Positions 18,947 through 28,890 of a stretch of 64,000 nucleotides of DNA are shown here, one piece after another (positions within the stretch are counted from its first letter, which is position 1; every line of letters starts with the position of its first letter). A program made the translations under genes and the position numbers. The notes under the pieces were generated by a model that saw nothing but the letters and a program-made list of their open reading frames with translations, made no database searches and was not told the origin of the DNA. Source of the DNA: Candidatus Obscuribacterales bacterium (GTDB lineage Bacteria; Cyanobacteriota; Vampirovibrionia; Obscuribacterales; Obscuribacteraceae). The stretch lies in contig CBDDIJ010000003.1 in assembly GCA_965228855.1 (NCBI GenBank), positions 1,376,001 to 1,440,000 on the forward strand, in the 5' to 3' direction.

Positions 18947-19549
18947 CTAAGCGCTCATGGAGCTTTGCCGGTTAAGCCGATCAAGCGTCTGCAGTAAGTG
19001 GTCGGGAATTTGAGAATCTCGGGAGACGACAGTCGCGAGCCTTGCGAATGCCTCCTGGGTCTCTCTGTCGCCATTGTACGAATGAGTCTCCTCACCGTAA
19101 TCATCGTCACCGTGCTCCGAATGGTCGAGATGACCGTCTGCTGCTTGAGCTCCCTTAATCGCCCCAGCATCGCCTCTGTCATTTAAAACCGCAGCGACTT
19201 TGCTGCCGCTAAGCCCAAGATCGACAATTTCAAGGTCGCCGAATTCGCGCATGATATTCGCAAACTGGCTGGGATCGGACTTGTCGACTCTGAGATTATT
19301 CTGATCGAACCGGATGTCGAAACCGTCCGTGCTGGAGCGGTTTTCGGCAATCACATCATTCTGGGAATAGATTCCTGAACGCAATTTGTCATCCACTGAA
19401 TTTGGCTGGGAATCGGTCCCTGCAACTGGGACGCTATCCTGTTTGGGTTCATGGGAGCTGTGCTCGATGTCGCCAAACGTCAAGCTACCGGCACCTTGAG
19501 CGGCTCCTCCGGAACTATGGTAATTGCTATCGGCGCGTTCAGTTGCCAT
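18947..19549 (-). CDS. Hypothetical low-complexity protein; probably the 5' part of a frameshifted gene
   Basis: 200-aa ORF with ATG start that joins the downstream ORF if one base is added near 18965. Confidence 0.55.
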   Translation of the reverse strand: MATERADSNYHSSGGAAQGAGSLTFGDIEHSSHEPKQDSVPVAGTDSQPNSVDDKLRSGIYSQNDVIAENRSSTDGFDIRFDQNNLRVDKSDPSQFANIMREFGDLEIVDLGLSGSKVAAVLNDRGDAGAIKGAQAADGHLDHSEHGDDDYGEETHSYNGDRETQEAFARLATVVSRDSQIPDHLLQTLDRLNRQSSMSA

Positions 19550-19622
19550 GATGTCTAAATGTGACGGGGTACAGTGTTTGAAAGAATCTAACCTGCTACT
19601 TCTTTGTGCCCAAAAATATCGG

Positions 19623-21596
19623 TTACCGACCCGTTTTATTTGGCCGAACTTTGATTAAAAGAATCAGACCGAGGGCTCCGACGACCAGAGTTATTGGCCA
19701 ATACGACAGAAACCTCTCTTCCAGGTGATATTTGCCCATCAGAATCGCCGCAGAGTTGTTCAGGATGTGCACAATCATGGAGGGAATTATGGATTCAGTC
19801 CAGACTGCCAGTGCTGTGAGTACGACTCCCAGAACGGCTGTCGGACCCACCCTGAAGATACTCATGTGGAATACGCCGAATAGCGCGCCTGTAATCAGGC
19901 ACTGACTCATGGGTTTAAACCTTTGACGAAGCAAACCCAAGATTGCACCTCGAAATAGCAACTCCTCACAAAGTCCCGGTGCAATTGCTATTCCAAGTAG
20001 GCTCAGCCAGAGAGGTTTGTCGCTCTCAACGATCATTCTGGTGAACATCGTTGTGAACGCCTCAGGCGCCGGCACGATGTAGTTTTGAATGTTGTAGACG
20101 AGCATGGAAGTCAAAACGCAAAGCGGCGTGATCAAAAGTGCCGCCAAGATGTGCAAGGGATGAGGCATACGAAGGCTCATCGTTTCGCGCAAGGGAAGAC
20201 GCAAATGTTTTAGCAAGTAAACTGCCGGCAGCAGAATCACGACAACCTGCGTTATTAAACTGCCCACGACTATATCCCAGGACTGCAACGCCTGGCCCAG
20301 ATAAAACATAAGTAGAAAAACAGCGAAGCAGAGGATAGCAATTTCTGGATTGAAGTCGCCGGAAAGACGCCTGCGCGCTCGTGAATCGGCTACGCCGAAT
20401 AGCAGTCTTTCACTGTCGAGGATTCGGGCCGCGACTGTGGTGACGTATACGGCAAACGCAATAGCTACGACTGAGGAAACGCAGAGCCAGAGCGGGTCGG
20501 CATGACCGGAGAGAACCTCTTTTAACGACAACGCCGTGTTTGCGACTGGGATAAACGCGACACCACTGGAGAGCTTCAACTCCGGCAACGAACAGACTGA
20601 CGAGGCGCCCATTGCCGCAAATAAGAACGGAACGAAGTAACCTTGACCCTGTTGAAAAGTTTTGCACCATGAAGCAAGCAGGATCGAGAGCGAGCTTAGC
20701 GTGACTACCAGAGGAATTGAAACCAGCATGCACATAACCATGGCGCTTAGTGGAAACTTCAAAACCAGCAAGTCATCCGCTTTGTTGCCTCCTATCTGGA
20801 TGAACAAGTAGATGCTCAAGAGCCCGATGAGGAGTGCGCCTGCTCCGATGACGATTACGACCAGGCACTTTCCGAACATGATGTTATGCCGATCGCTGGG
20901 TGACATCAGCAGTAGTGGCAACGTGTTTCTTTCACGCTCGCCGGTTATCACATCCAGAGCAGGATAGATGATCGAAACTGTGAGCATGGTAAACAGTAAA
21001 AACGGAAGCAGATTGCGAACTGGTTCGCTGGCTAGAGCCTGCTCTTTGGCTTCTCCGATTTCAGAGAAATTCAGTTCATATTTTTGCGGTGTCTGTACAC
21101 CTAATGTATGGAATCTGTATTGGACGACGCTGGCGCGAAACATATTCAAAGCCATGCGCACTTCGGCTAGCGCTATGAGGTTTTGATCGCGTCTGGCATC
21201 GTAAAAAATTTGGACTCGCGGTGTACTTTTGATGTTATCTATGACGTCTGTAAAATTGTCAGGGAAGGTGACTACGATGTCCGCCACTTTTGAAGCAAGC
21301 AGCTTCTCTGGGTCGCCGGTCTTGAGCACTTGCCTGAGATGAAGGGTCTTAGACTCTCTCATGGATGGGATTGCCGCGCGGGCATCTCCAATCAGAGCGA
21401 TGTTGTAATGTTTCTTTTTGATGTCATGTTTTAAATGTGTGGCGACGCTGGAGGGCAACACCAGTAGGGCTGGATAGATGATCGCCGGCATGATTATCAT
21501 TACGATCAAAGTGCGATAATCACGCAAAACCTCTATTAGGTCCTTTGCGAACACGGTTATGATTTCGTCGAAATCATCACGCCTCAATGATGTCAT
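19623..21596 (-). CDS. NatB-like ABC-2 permease fused to a CAAX/Abi (CPBP) protease domain
   Basis: GERERNTL..LL.SP permease motif; EELLFRG, FGVFH and HILNN Abi motifs. Confidence 0.88.
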   Translation of the reverse strand: MTSLRRDDFDEIITVFAKDLIEVLRDYRTLIVMIIMPAIIYPALLVLPSSVATHLKHDIKKKHYNIALIGDARAAIPSMRESKTLHLRQVLKTGDPEKLLASKVADIVVTFPDNFTDVIDNIKSTPRVQIFYDARRDQNLIALAEVRMALNMFRASVVQYRFHTLGVQTPQKYELNFSEIGEAKEQALASEPVRNLLPFLLFTMLTVSIIYPALDVITGERERNTLPLLLMSPSDRHNIMFGKCLVVIVIGAGALLIGLLSIYLFIQIGGNKADDLLVLKFPLSAMVMCMLVSIPLVVTLSSLSILLASWCKTFQQGQGYFVPFLFAAMGASSVCSLPELKLSSGVAFIPVANTALSLKEVLSGHADPLWLCVSSVVAIAFAVYVTTVAARILDSERLLFGVADSRARRRLSGDFNPEIAILCFAVFLLMFYLGQALQSWDIVVGSLITQVVVILLPAVYLLKHLRLPLRETMSLRMPHPLHILAALLITPLCVLTSMLVYNIQNYIVPAPEAFTTMFTRMIVESDKPLWLSLLGIAIAPGLCEELLFRGAILGLLRQRFKPMSQCLITGALFGVFHMSIFRVGPTAVLGVVLTALAVWTESIIPSMIVHILNNSAAILMGKYHLEERFLSYWPITLVVGALGLILLIKVRPNKTGR

Positions 21597-22329
21597 CCTC
21601 CTTCACCACATTGAGGAAAATGTCTTCGAGATAGTGCATTCCGCTCTCCGCTCTCAATTCTTCGAGGGTGCCTGAAGCAAGCACCTGTCCTTTGTGAATA
21701 ATTGCCATGCGGTCGCAAAGTTTTTCGGCTTCGCTCATTATGTGAGACGAGAAAACAACGCACTTGTTCATCTCTTTGCATTGAAGGATAAACCTGTGCA
21801 GTACCTGGCTTGTTAAAACGTCCAGTCCCGTGGTCGGCTCATCCATGATGATCACCGGTGGGTCGTGAACAATTGCTCGCGCAATCGAGACTTTCTGTTT
21901 CATTCCGGTCGAGAGTTTCTCACATCGGCTATCGAGAAAGCTCTCCATCTGCAGCATTGAGGTCACTTCTGCAATTCGCTCAGTAAGTTTTTCTTTTGGA
22001 TATTTACTGAGTCTTCCAAAATAAGTTAGTATCTCCCGCGGTGTCAGGCGCTCGTACAAGCCTGTGTCAGCGGAGACAAATCCAAGCTGTTTACGCACCT
22101 GGCGCGGGTTTGTCGTAACATCGAAATCGTTAATTTTTGCAGTGCCAGACGTCGGTTTCAAAATTGTAGTGATCATTCTCAAGGTGGTGGTCTTACCTGC
22201 CCCGTTCGGACCGAGCAATCCGAATATCTCACCTTTGTGGCAAGCGAAAGATACCGACTGAACGGCATTGAACTCGCCGCGTTTTGCGTCGAAAAAACGC
22301 TTGGTTAGATTTATCGCTTCCAGACCCAT
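21577..22329 (-). CDS. natA: ABC transporter ATP-binding protein, NatA type
   Basis: GPNGAGKTT, LSTGMKQKVSIARAIVHDP, DEPTTGLD and SSHIMSEAEKLCD motifs. Confidence 0.88.
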   Translation of the reverse strand: MGLEAINLTKRFFDAKRGEFNAVQSVSFACHKGEIFGLLGPNGAGKTTTLRMITTILKPTSGTAKINDFDVTTNPRQVRKQLGFVSADTGLYERLTPREILTYFGRLSKYPKEKLTERIAEVTSMLQMESFLDSRCEKLSTGMKQKVSIARAIVHDPPVIIMDEPTTGLDVLTSQVLHRFILQCKEMNKCVVFSSHIMSEAEKLCDRMAIIHKGQVLASGTLEELRAESGMHYLEDIFLNVVKEDDIIEA

Positions 22330-22334
22330 TCCAC

Positions 22335-23594
22335 TTACCTGTTTGCTGCTGAAAAGTCTTGATTTGCATTGGAGGGCTCTTTGCCCCAGAAGATAACTTG
22401 ACTGAGATACAGTAGTGTTGCCGTGATTGCTACCGACTCAGCGCAGGCAATCGTCATTTCCAGTCCACCCACCGAATCAGTAACGATCGCTTTTGCACAG
22501 AGCACCATATTCAGTATCGGGATAAATGCCGTTCTAATGTCCAGCGTCCAACCTGGAAGCAGAGCGACCATCGGCAGTATCGTTACCGTGATTAAAACGA
22601 GCGACGAGATGTTCTGAGCTTCCTTGAAGCTCTTCGCCGTTGATGCGATGAGCGAGTAGATACTGGCGACCAGAAGAGTTGACAGCATGAACAGCAAAAG
22701 TACGCCAAGCAAATTCTCAAGACTGTACTGCTTTAGAGCGAGTGTGAGAGCGCGTTTCAACCACTCGAGTTTGGCGGTGAAATACAAGGCGACAAACGCC
22801 ATGCTCAAAAAGTTCACCAGACCCGAGAGTATGGTGAGTATGGTGACAGCTGCAAATTTACCGACCACCACGGTGGACCGTTCCACAGGAAGCAAGTAAG
22901 TTGTCGCTTTTGTTTTCTTCTCGGCTTCTTCGGTGAACGCTGCGAGGGCCGGATAGATCGCGCCGACAGTGATGATCAACATGGTGTAGCCATAAAAGGC
23001 GACGAGAACTATTGTTGTCGAGAATGCGGTGATTTCCATGTCCTGAAGACTGGCTTTACGACCTCCCATCGTGCCAACGTTGTGCGTTTCGATTTCAAAA
23101 ACTTTAGAGACTTTATTCGCTCCAGAGACCTTTTCGACCGCATTCTTCATTGCAAGCGCTCGGGCGTCGTAAGAGCGGCTCTGCATGAGGACACGCGTTT
23201 CAAGGAAACGGTCGGACGACGGATTTAGCATCACGTTGATCTTTTCAGGTGCGCCGCTTCCATCCACAACGCACTCGAGTTTGTTTTGCTCCAGATCGTG
23301 AATTGGATCTTTTGACTCCGTGACTGCAATCTTCTTGGTCTCTTTGACGACCTGAACGAGTTCAGGTATTCGCTCCATACCGTCTTTCACGTACGCGAGC
23401 CGGACAGGGCGCGTTTCCGCCAGCCCCTCCCGCCACAATGTGTACTCGGAGAGGCTCACCAGGCTAATCGGATACAAAATCAACGGCACGAATACTGTAT
23501 AAATCAAAACATGCGCGTCGCGAAAGCAGTGCTTTAGCTCCTTGTTCGCGACAACGGTTATGTCTTGTAAACGTTCTATGAGTCCGTCAAACAC
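22335..23594 (-). CDS. Second NatB-like ABC-2 permease
   Basis: KELKHCFRD N-terminus, EEAEKKT, GKF and AKSFKEAQN motifs; multiple TMs. Confidence 0.82.
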   Translation of the reverse strand: MFDGLIERLQDITVVANKELKHCFRDAHVLIYTVFVPLILYPISLVSLSEYTLWREGLAETRPVRLAYVKDGMERIPELVQVVKETKKIAVTESKDPIHDLEQNKLECVVDGSGAPEKINVMLNPSSDRFLETRVLMQSRSYDARALAMKNAVEKVSGANKVSKVFEIETHNVGTMGGRKASLQDMEITAFSTTIVLVAFYGYTMLIITVGAIYPALAAFTEEAEKKTKATTYLLPVERSTVVVGKFAAVTILTILSGLVNFLSMAFVALYFTAKLEWLKRALTLALKQYSLENLLGVLLLFMLSTLLVASIYSLIASTAKSFKEAQNISSLVLITVTILPMVALLPGWTLDIRTAFIPILNMVLCAKAIVTDSVGGLEMTIACAESVAITATLLYLSQVIFWGKEPSNANQDFSAANR

Positions 23595-23731
23595 AGTTAG
23601 GTCTTTTTAAGTCTCTTCCAGCGGTATTGAATTTCATCCCGCTAGAGTCTTGAATGAAACCTGTCTTTAGTCATATAGCTATGTGGCTCCAGTCATACAT
23701 GACTCCAGCCTTTCAAAAAAATGGTGTTTCA

Positions 23732-25300
23732 ATGAATTCTCAGCTCTCGGCGACCTCAAAAACTCTGTTTCGAAGCAGACCGACGTTCTCTCTGGCATTA
23801 GGATGCATGTTACTACTGGTAATGCAGCAAGACTTATCAGCCGCAGAGGAGGTCATAATCAAAACGCCTAATGCCGACAGCCATATCGAAGTTAAACCGA
23901 CCAGTTCCCCTGAATATGTACCGCCCGAGCAGCTCACGCCCGACGCCAAGCCGACCGAGTCAAAGCCCTCTGAAACCAAACCGGTAGAGACGATGCCGGT
24001 CGAGCCTGAAAAGGTTTTCCTCCCTCGCGATATTAGACCGCTTCCCGGCGGGCTTGATTCCATTCCGATGTTCAACAGTAACAATCCTGAAATTGTTTTA
24101 TCTGAGGGAATTCTGCTCTCTACATTTCCCAGCGCTGATGGACCTGCTCATTTGAACTACACATTCGACGGTCGTTTCGATGTCTTTGCCCACCATATTG
24201 CCGATGGCAAGAAGAGTGGTCACCTGGAAGATTTGAACCTGGGACTGATAGTTGGAAACTTCGGTGAGAAGCCAGTCACGGTGCGAGTCCTCAATGCCGC
24301 GAGTTACAGCACTCGTCCTGATTCACCTTTCATAGCCGTGGACCCGCTGGTCAAAAACGACGAAGGAAAGGTTTTTTCCGGACCTGGTGACCGCGTTACC
24401 GATGTGATATTGCGTGATGAGAAACCCGACGACAGCTGGGATACGAAAGTAACTGTTCAACCTGGTGAGAAAGTTTTGTTGAAGAAGCTGGTTTTAAACG
24501 TCCGCGACTTTCCGACCAATGTGAATGGCCGATCCTTGCTCGCCAGGCTCAAATCAAGCGGTCCAGTGCGACTGGCAATGGTGGCGAGATTTTCGACCAT
24601 TGATGAAAACAATAACCATCGTTCTCCTACTGAAGGAGAATTCATAGCCACTCTTGAAGCAGGCAAGTTTGTAGAACCGCGAGATCCTGCTCCGACTAGA
24701 CCAGAGGACAAAGGCGCCATCCGCTACGGACGCGTATCCGGAGTTCAATCCGGTTCAACATGGAAAACCAAGGTCACGGATAGGAAGAGCAAATTCCTTT
24801 CCCTTCCGTCTCCCGGTAAGCCGATTTCGTACCCCATATCGTCGCTTGCTGCGGGTACATTCGGAACCGGACAGGTGCAGAGCGCACCAATGGTGGTGCG
24901 CAACGACGGCACCGCTTATCAGGCTCACGGAAATTATGGAGTCAAATACGACCTGACTTTTCCGTTGAAGAACTCCACAGACCATGACTTGAGGGTTAAC
25001 GTTGCGCTAGAAACGCCACTGAAAAGCGACGAGAAAAAAGACCTGGTTGCGTTCTTTCAGCCCGCCGACAGGCGCGTGTTCTATCGTGGCACGTTGAAGG
25101 TCGGCTCGGATAAAGGAGCAAAGGTTTCCAAATTCAACTATCAGCATATCGTGGAACACAGAGGTGAAAGTGTCGGTCCGATATTGTCGGTGGTCGTTCC
25201 TAAAAACGGACGGCGGACAGTAGAAGTCGAACTGATTTACCCGCCGGACTGTACGCCTCCGCAAATATTGACATTGAGTACGGTCGCTGACGTAGAATGA
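23732..25300 (+). CDS. DUF3370 family exported protein
   Basis: RPLPGGLD..MFNSNNPE, GILLSTFP, AHGNYGV.Y and YPPDCTPPQILT motifs typical of the cyanobacterial family. Start uncertain. Confidence 0.8.
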   Translation: MNSQLSATSKTLFRSRPTFSLALGCMLLLVMQQDLSAAEEVIIKTPNADSHIEVKPTSSPEYVPPEQLTPDAKPTESKPSETKPVETMPVEPEKVFLPRDIRPLPGGLDSIPMFNSNNPEIVLSEGILLSTFPSADGPAHLNYTFDGRFDVFAHHIADGKKSGHLEDLNLGLIVGNFGEKPVTVRVLNAASYSTRPDSPFIAVDPLVKNDEGKVFSGPGDRVTDVILRDEKPDDSWDTKVTVQPGEKVLLKKLVLNVRDFPTNVNGRSLLARLKSSGPVRLAMVARFSTIDENNNHRSPTEGEFIATLEAGKFVEPRDPAPTRPEDKGAIRYGRVSGVQSGSTWKTKVTDRKSKFLSLPSPGKPISYPISSLAAGTFGTGQVQSAPMVVRNDGTAYQAHGNYGVKYDLTFPLKNSTDHDLRVNVALETPLKSDEKKDLVAFFQPADRRVFYRGTLKVGSDKGAKVSKFNYQHIVEHRGESVGPILSVVVPKNGRRTVEVELIYPPDCTPPQILTLSTVADVE

Positions 25301-25322
25301 TGTTCGAAGCCGAACGAGTCCA

Positions 25323-25886
25323 ATGCGCGAGAAAAAGAGAGCTCTAGTAATTTTCGACCTGGATGAGACCCTGATTCATTCCAGGCAGGAGCGTCTTGGT
25401 CGCGAGCCCGACTATGAGCTTGATCGACTGAGCGTTTACTTCCGCCCCAGAGCCTTTGACTTGATTTCAGCAGTAGCGATGAAATTTGAAATCGCGGTCT
25501 GGTCTGCAGGTTCGCCGCTTTATGTGGAGTCAATCGTCGAGCAAATCTTTCCTCCGGAAGTTAAGCCCCTCTTTGTTTGGAACCGCGATCACTGCACTGC
25601 AAAATTTGAGTTTTCATGCCTGCAGACGTTGTTTCTAAAAGATTTAAACCGAATGGTCGATTTTGGCTTCGACCTCACGAATACTTTGATTATCGAGGAC
25701 GACCCCGTAAAAGTCCGGGACTTCATGGGTAATACATTGCTTGTCAGCCAATATTTTGGTGATGACTCCGACGATGGATTGACTGCTCTGATTGCCTTTA
25801 TTTCCGAGCTGAACGGGCATCACGACGATGTGCGAGAAATCGGAAAGTCGTGGAATGATCTGGTGAGAGGTCGTGGGAACAAGTAA
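25323..25886 (+). CDS. HAD-superfamily NIF/FCP1-like phosphatase
   Basis: FDLDETLIHS, VYFRP, VWSAG..Y, KDL and IIEDDP motifs. Confidence 0.85.
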   Translation: MREKKRALVIFDLDETLIHSRQERLGREPDYELDRLSVYFRPRAFDLISAVAMKFEIAVWSAGSPLYVESIVEQIFPPEVKPLFVWNRDHCTAKFEFSCLQTLFLKDLNRMVDFGFDLTNTLIIEDDPVKVRDFMGNTLLVSQYFGDDSDDGLTALIAFISELNGHHDDVREIGKSWNDLVRGRGNK

Positions 25887-25897
25887 ACCGCTGATCT

Positions 25898-27430
25898 TTA
25901 ATCGCCGGTTCCTAATTTTACCGGCGGGAGGTAAACGCCTTTGTATTCACGCTTCCACCAAACCCCGGTATCAATAAGAGTTTTGATGTCTGTCGCATGG
26001 TAGTCGTAAACGATTGCGCGGATGAATTTTGGAGGTTTTCCGTGAAATGGGTCTGTTTCCAGCAACACGGTCACTGAAGGAGTTCCCTTTAACAGGCATT
26101 CGACGAAGCTGACCAGCCACTGATTTTGCATGACACTTCCGAGAGCTGCAAACCACATTTGCCAGTCCAATCGGGGTTGCATGGGTGCCACTATAGGTGG
26201 TGGACGATCCAACGGACCAGGTTTGCACTTGAAGACATAATCCTTCCAAATCTTTCCATCGTTGCTTCCCTGAATGGATATCTCAGGGCGTTCTGTCGTC
26301 ATCGACGCAAACAGACCGTAACTGCTAACGAGGTGCCAGGGAGCGAAAATCGATACAATTGCGTAGGCAGGCGCAGGAAGTCCGGATTCGCCGATTGAGT
26401 TGAAAGTCTGCCTGACAGTACTGAGAAATATAATTAGCACCGCCAATGGTACTACCGCGACCAGGTGCAGGCGAGATCGCACCGGATGAAATTCAACTTT
26501 GGGAACAGCCGAAACGACCGTTTTCAGCCTGTTTCCGCTTGCCCTCAGTATGTAGTCGTCATCGACAAGCATCAGGCACAGAGCGATAGTTAGCCAGTTG
26601 AAGAAGCAATAATTGCCCGTAAGAATAATGAGAAATTGGAGAAAAACGAAACCCACAGCCGCGATCAATCTACCCCGTCGACCAAAAAATATGAGAAATG
26701 GAAACAACAATTCGAATATGAAGACAAAAACGGTTTCAACCGAGTGAATCGGCGCGGGCAGATGGTGCATAAACCAGCCGATTGGTGTGGGAAGAGGTTG
26801 TGTTTCATAATGGAAGCTCATCGCAGACAGACCCGACCAGGTCGGATCGTTACTGGCTAGTTTGCAAATTCCCGATTGCAACATCAGGCGAAATAAGAGC
26901 CAGCGGAGGAGCCAGATGAGGGAGATCGCAGGTTCGGCTCTATCGACTGACCACTTGGGTAGTTTCAATCTATCTGCCAGCGCGAAACCAAAATCGAAGG
27001 GACGCCAGGATGCAAGAAATAGAGTGAGAAAGCCGGTCTCGCACAGAAGTATGTCCCATTGGAATGTCATGAATTCTTGACCCATGGTCACGATTGAAAG
27101 GTACAAAATCCATGAGACAAATAAGCTGGGACCACAAAACACGCCCAGCAACGCCAATAGAGATGTGAGGGCGCCGAGCATTGGTACCAGAGTTATAAAC
27201 GAATCTGATGAATCAAACCAGAAAACACTGGGATAGTTCAAGAATAACAACCAGGGCGAAACTCCTTGAGAGGATGACTTCACCATAACGTCAATCGGCA
27301 GTATGCCGTCTTGACCATACAATCCAAGCATTTGCGAACCGGCGGAAATAAAAGCAATAAGGTATATTGCCGCGACAAATCGTACGAAGATGCAGCGTGT
27401 CAACCGCAGTTCTAACTTTGCGAACTTCAT
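25898..27430 (-). CDS. Lipase maturation factor (LMF1) family membrane protein
   Basis: FQWDILLCETGFL, HYETQPLP, TGNY.FFN.LT and PRLDWQMWFAAL motifs. Confidence 0.92.
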   Translation of the reverse strand: MKFAKLELRLTRCIFVRFVAAIYLIAFISAGSQMLGLYGQDGILPIDVMVKSSSQGVSPWLLFLNYPSVFWFDSSDSFITLVPMLGALTSLLALLGVFCGPSLFVSWILYLSIVTMGQEFMTFQWDILLCETGFLTLFLASWRPFDFGFALADRLKLPKWSVDRAEPAISLIWLLRWLLFRLMLQSGICKLASNDPTWSGLSAMSFHYETQPLPTPIGWFMHHLPAPIHSVETVFVFIFELLFPFLIFFGRRGRLIAAVGFVFLQFLIILTGNYCFFNWLTIALCLMLVDDDYILRASGNRLKTVVSAVPKVEFHPVRSRLHLVAVVPLAVLIIFLSTVRQTFNSIGESGLPAPAYAIVSIFAPWHLVSSYGLFASMTTERPEISIQGSNDGKIWKDYVFKCKPGPLDRPPPIVAPMQPRLDWQMWFAALGSVMQNQWLVSFVECLLKGTPSVTVLLETDPFHGKPPKFIRAIVYDYHATDIKTLIDTGVWWKREYKGVYLPPVKLGTGD

Positions 27431-27711
27431 TCAGATTGAAGAGGGGTATCATCTCTTCGTCGAGTGAATAGAGTTCTCATTTGACGGAAAAAACAAAGAG
27501 TCGTGAAACTGGCAATTCCAAATGCAATTCCCATGTCTATAAATGCGACAAAGACTACATATATTCGGTCGTAAGGACCAACGATCTGCGCGGGAAGCGT
27601 GTCCAGGTATGCGAGCCCGATGAATGAGAACCAAATTCCGCCAATCAGGAACGGAATGGTAAATGTCAAAAAGCTAGTTCTGTTGAAGCAGGGGGAGTTG
27701 TTTTCGCACAT
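27427..27711 (-). CDS. Small two-TM membrane protein
   Basis: Two hydrophobic segments; 4-bp overlap with the LMF gene start. Confidence 0.6.
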   Translation of the reverse strand: MCENNSPCFNRTSFLTFTIPFLIGGIWFSFIGLAYLDTLPAQIVGPYDRIYVVFVAFIDMGIAFGIASFTTLCFFRQMRTLFTRRRDDTPLQSE

Positions 27712-27779
27712 TTGGTGTGTTTTAAACGTTAGCTGTACAACATTCTAATACCACTTTTCCTGATTTTACATCATTGTTG

Positions 27780-27940
27780 CCGGTGTCAAAGGTCTGAAAG
27801 TCGGCGCCAGTCCAGGAATTGTCCTCAATCAATGCCCGCGGGCGCCTGGTGATTAGCCCCATGCTGAGCGGGGCATAGAAAACCTGAGGCGGCGGGCAAT
27901 ACGCCAAATCATTTACGCCCATGCTGTTCAAACCGACCGG
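27780..27940 (+). ncRNA. Candidate raiA-motif-like structured RNA
   Basis: GGTCTGAAAGTCGGCGCCAGTCCAGG resembles the 5' core of the raiA motif as I recall it; several compatible stems; lies upstream of an HPF/RaiA-family gene. Confidence 0.3.
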
Positions 27941-28197
27941 AAGCATGCCAGAGAAAGCTACGCCAAACCATTTACTATTCTGATCGCTCAATCTTCTTGG
28001 TGCTATACCTGTAGATTGAGGGCTCGATGATAGGAATGCGAATTAATCAAATAGAGCAGAACTTCGGGAAGCCGCAGTTTGTTCTTCAACGCCGTCGATG
28101 AAAGGAGCGAGCGACGGCGGTTATGTTTTGGCCGACATGGTTTGTTGTTTGTCGGTAAATGAGCCCAAGCAGAAAACAAGGTAGAGGAGACCTGCCA

Positions 28198-28758
28198 ATG
28201 AAAGTTCCGATTCAAGTCGTCTTCAGAAACATGGAACGCTCTGATTTTATAGAGGCCCAGATTCTAGAGAAAGCCGGGAAGTTAGACAAGATATACGATC
28301 GCATAACCAGCTGTCGTATTACGGTCGAGATACCACACAAGAGTCACACGAAAGGAAATGAGCATGAAGTGACGATCGATATTGCTGTTCCTGAAAAGAA
28401 AATTGTTATTGCGCGGACTGCCAGCGGGACCGAGCGCAGCACCGATCTCGCTCTTGCAGCGTTCAAAGAATCTCTCGAAGCCGCGAAGCGACAACTCGAA
28501 GATTATGCACGCAAGCGACGAGGTCATGTGAAAGTCCATGAGGAGCCGCAGCCGGCTGCTCGCATTACCCAGATCTTTTCCGACGAGGGATATGGATTTT
28601 TGGAAACAATCGATGGTCGAGAAATTTATTTCCACTCCAACAGCGTGGTAAATGATAAATTCGACAGGCTCTCGATTGGTACCGAAGTTACCTACGTTGA
28701 GTCGGCAGGTACCGAAGGACCGCAAGCCAGTACGGTTAAGGTTAAAGCGAAGGTCTGA
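28198..28758 (+). CDS. HPF/RaiA ribosome-associated protein fused to a cold-shock domain
   Basis: SD GAGGAG; IQVVFRNMERSD..ITSCRITVE (HPF) and GYGFLET.DGREIYFHSNSV..GPQASTV (CSD). Confidence 0.9.
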   Translation: MKVPIQVVFRNMERSDFIEAQILEKAGKLDKIYDRITSCRITVEIPHKSHTKGNEHEVTIDIAVPEKKIVIARTASGTERSTDLALAAFKESLEAAKRQLEDYARKRRGHVKVHEEPQPAARITQIFSDEGYGFLETIDGREIYFHSNSVVNDKFDRLSIGTEVTYVESAGTEGPQASTVKVKAKV

Positions 28759-28890
28759 TCGCTTTTCCTTTAAAAACAGAGTCATTACGACGCACATCGC
28801 ACTCCGGCCATTAAAATGGTCGGAGTGCCTTTTTGCGGGTCAAGTTCGATCTGTCTGCTGAGGCGTATGAAACCAAGTGCGGAATCAAAC

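Noticed and set aside
27722..27991. 89-aa minus-strand ORF
   Set aside because: TTG start and no recognisable motif; not supported as a gene, though not excluded.
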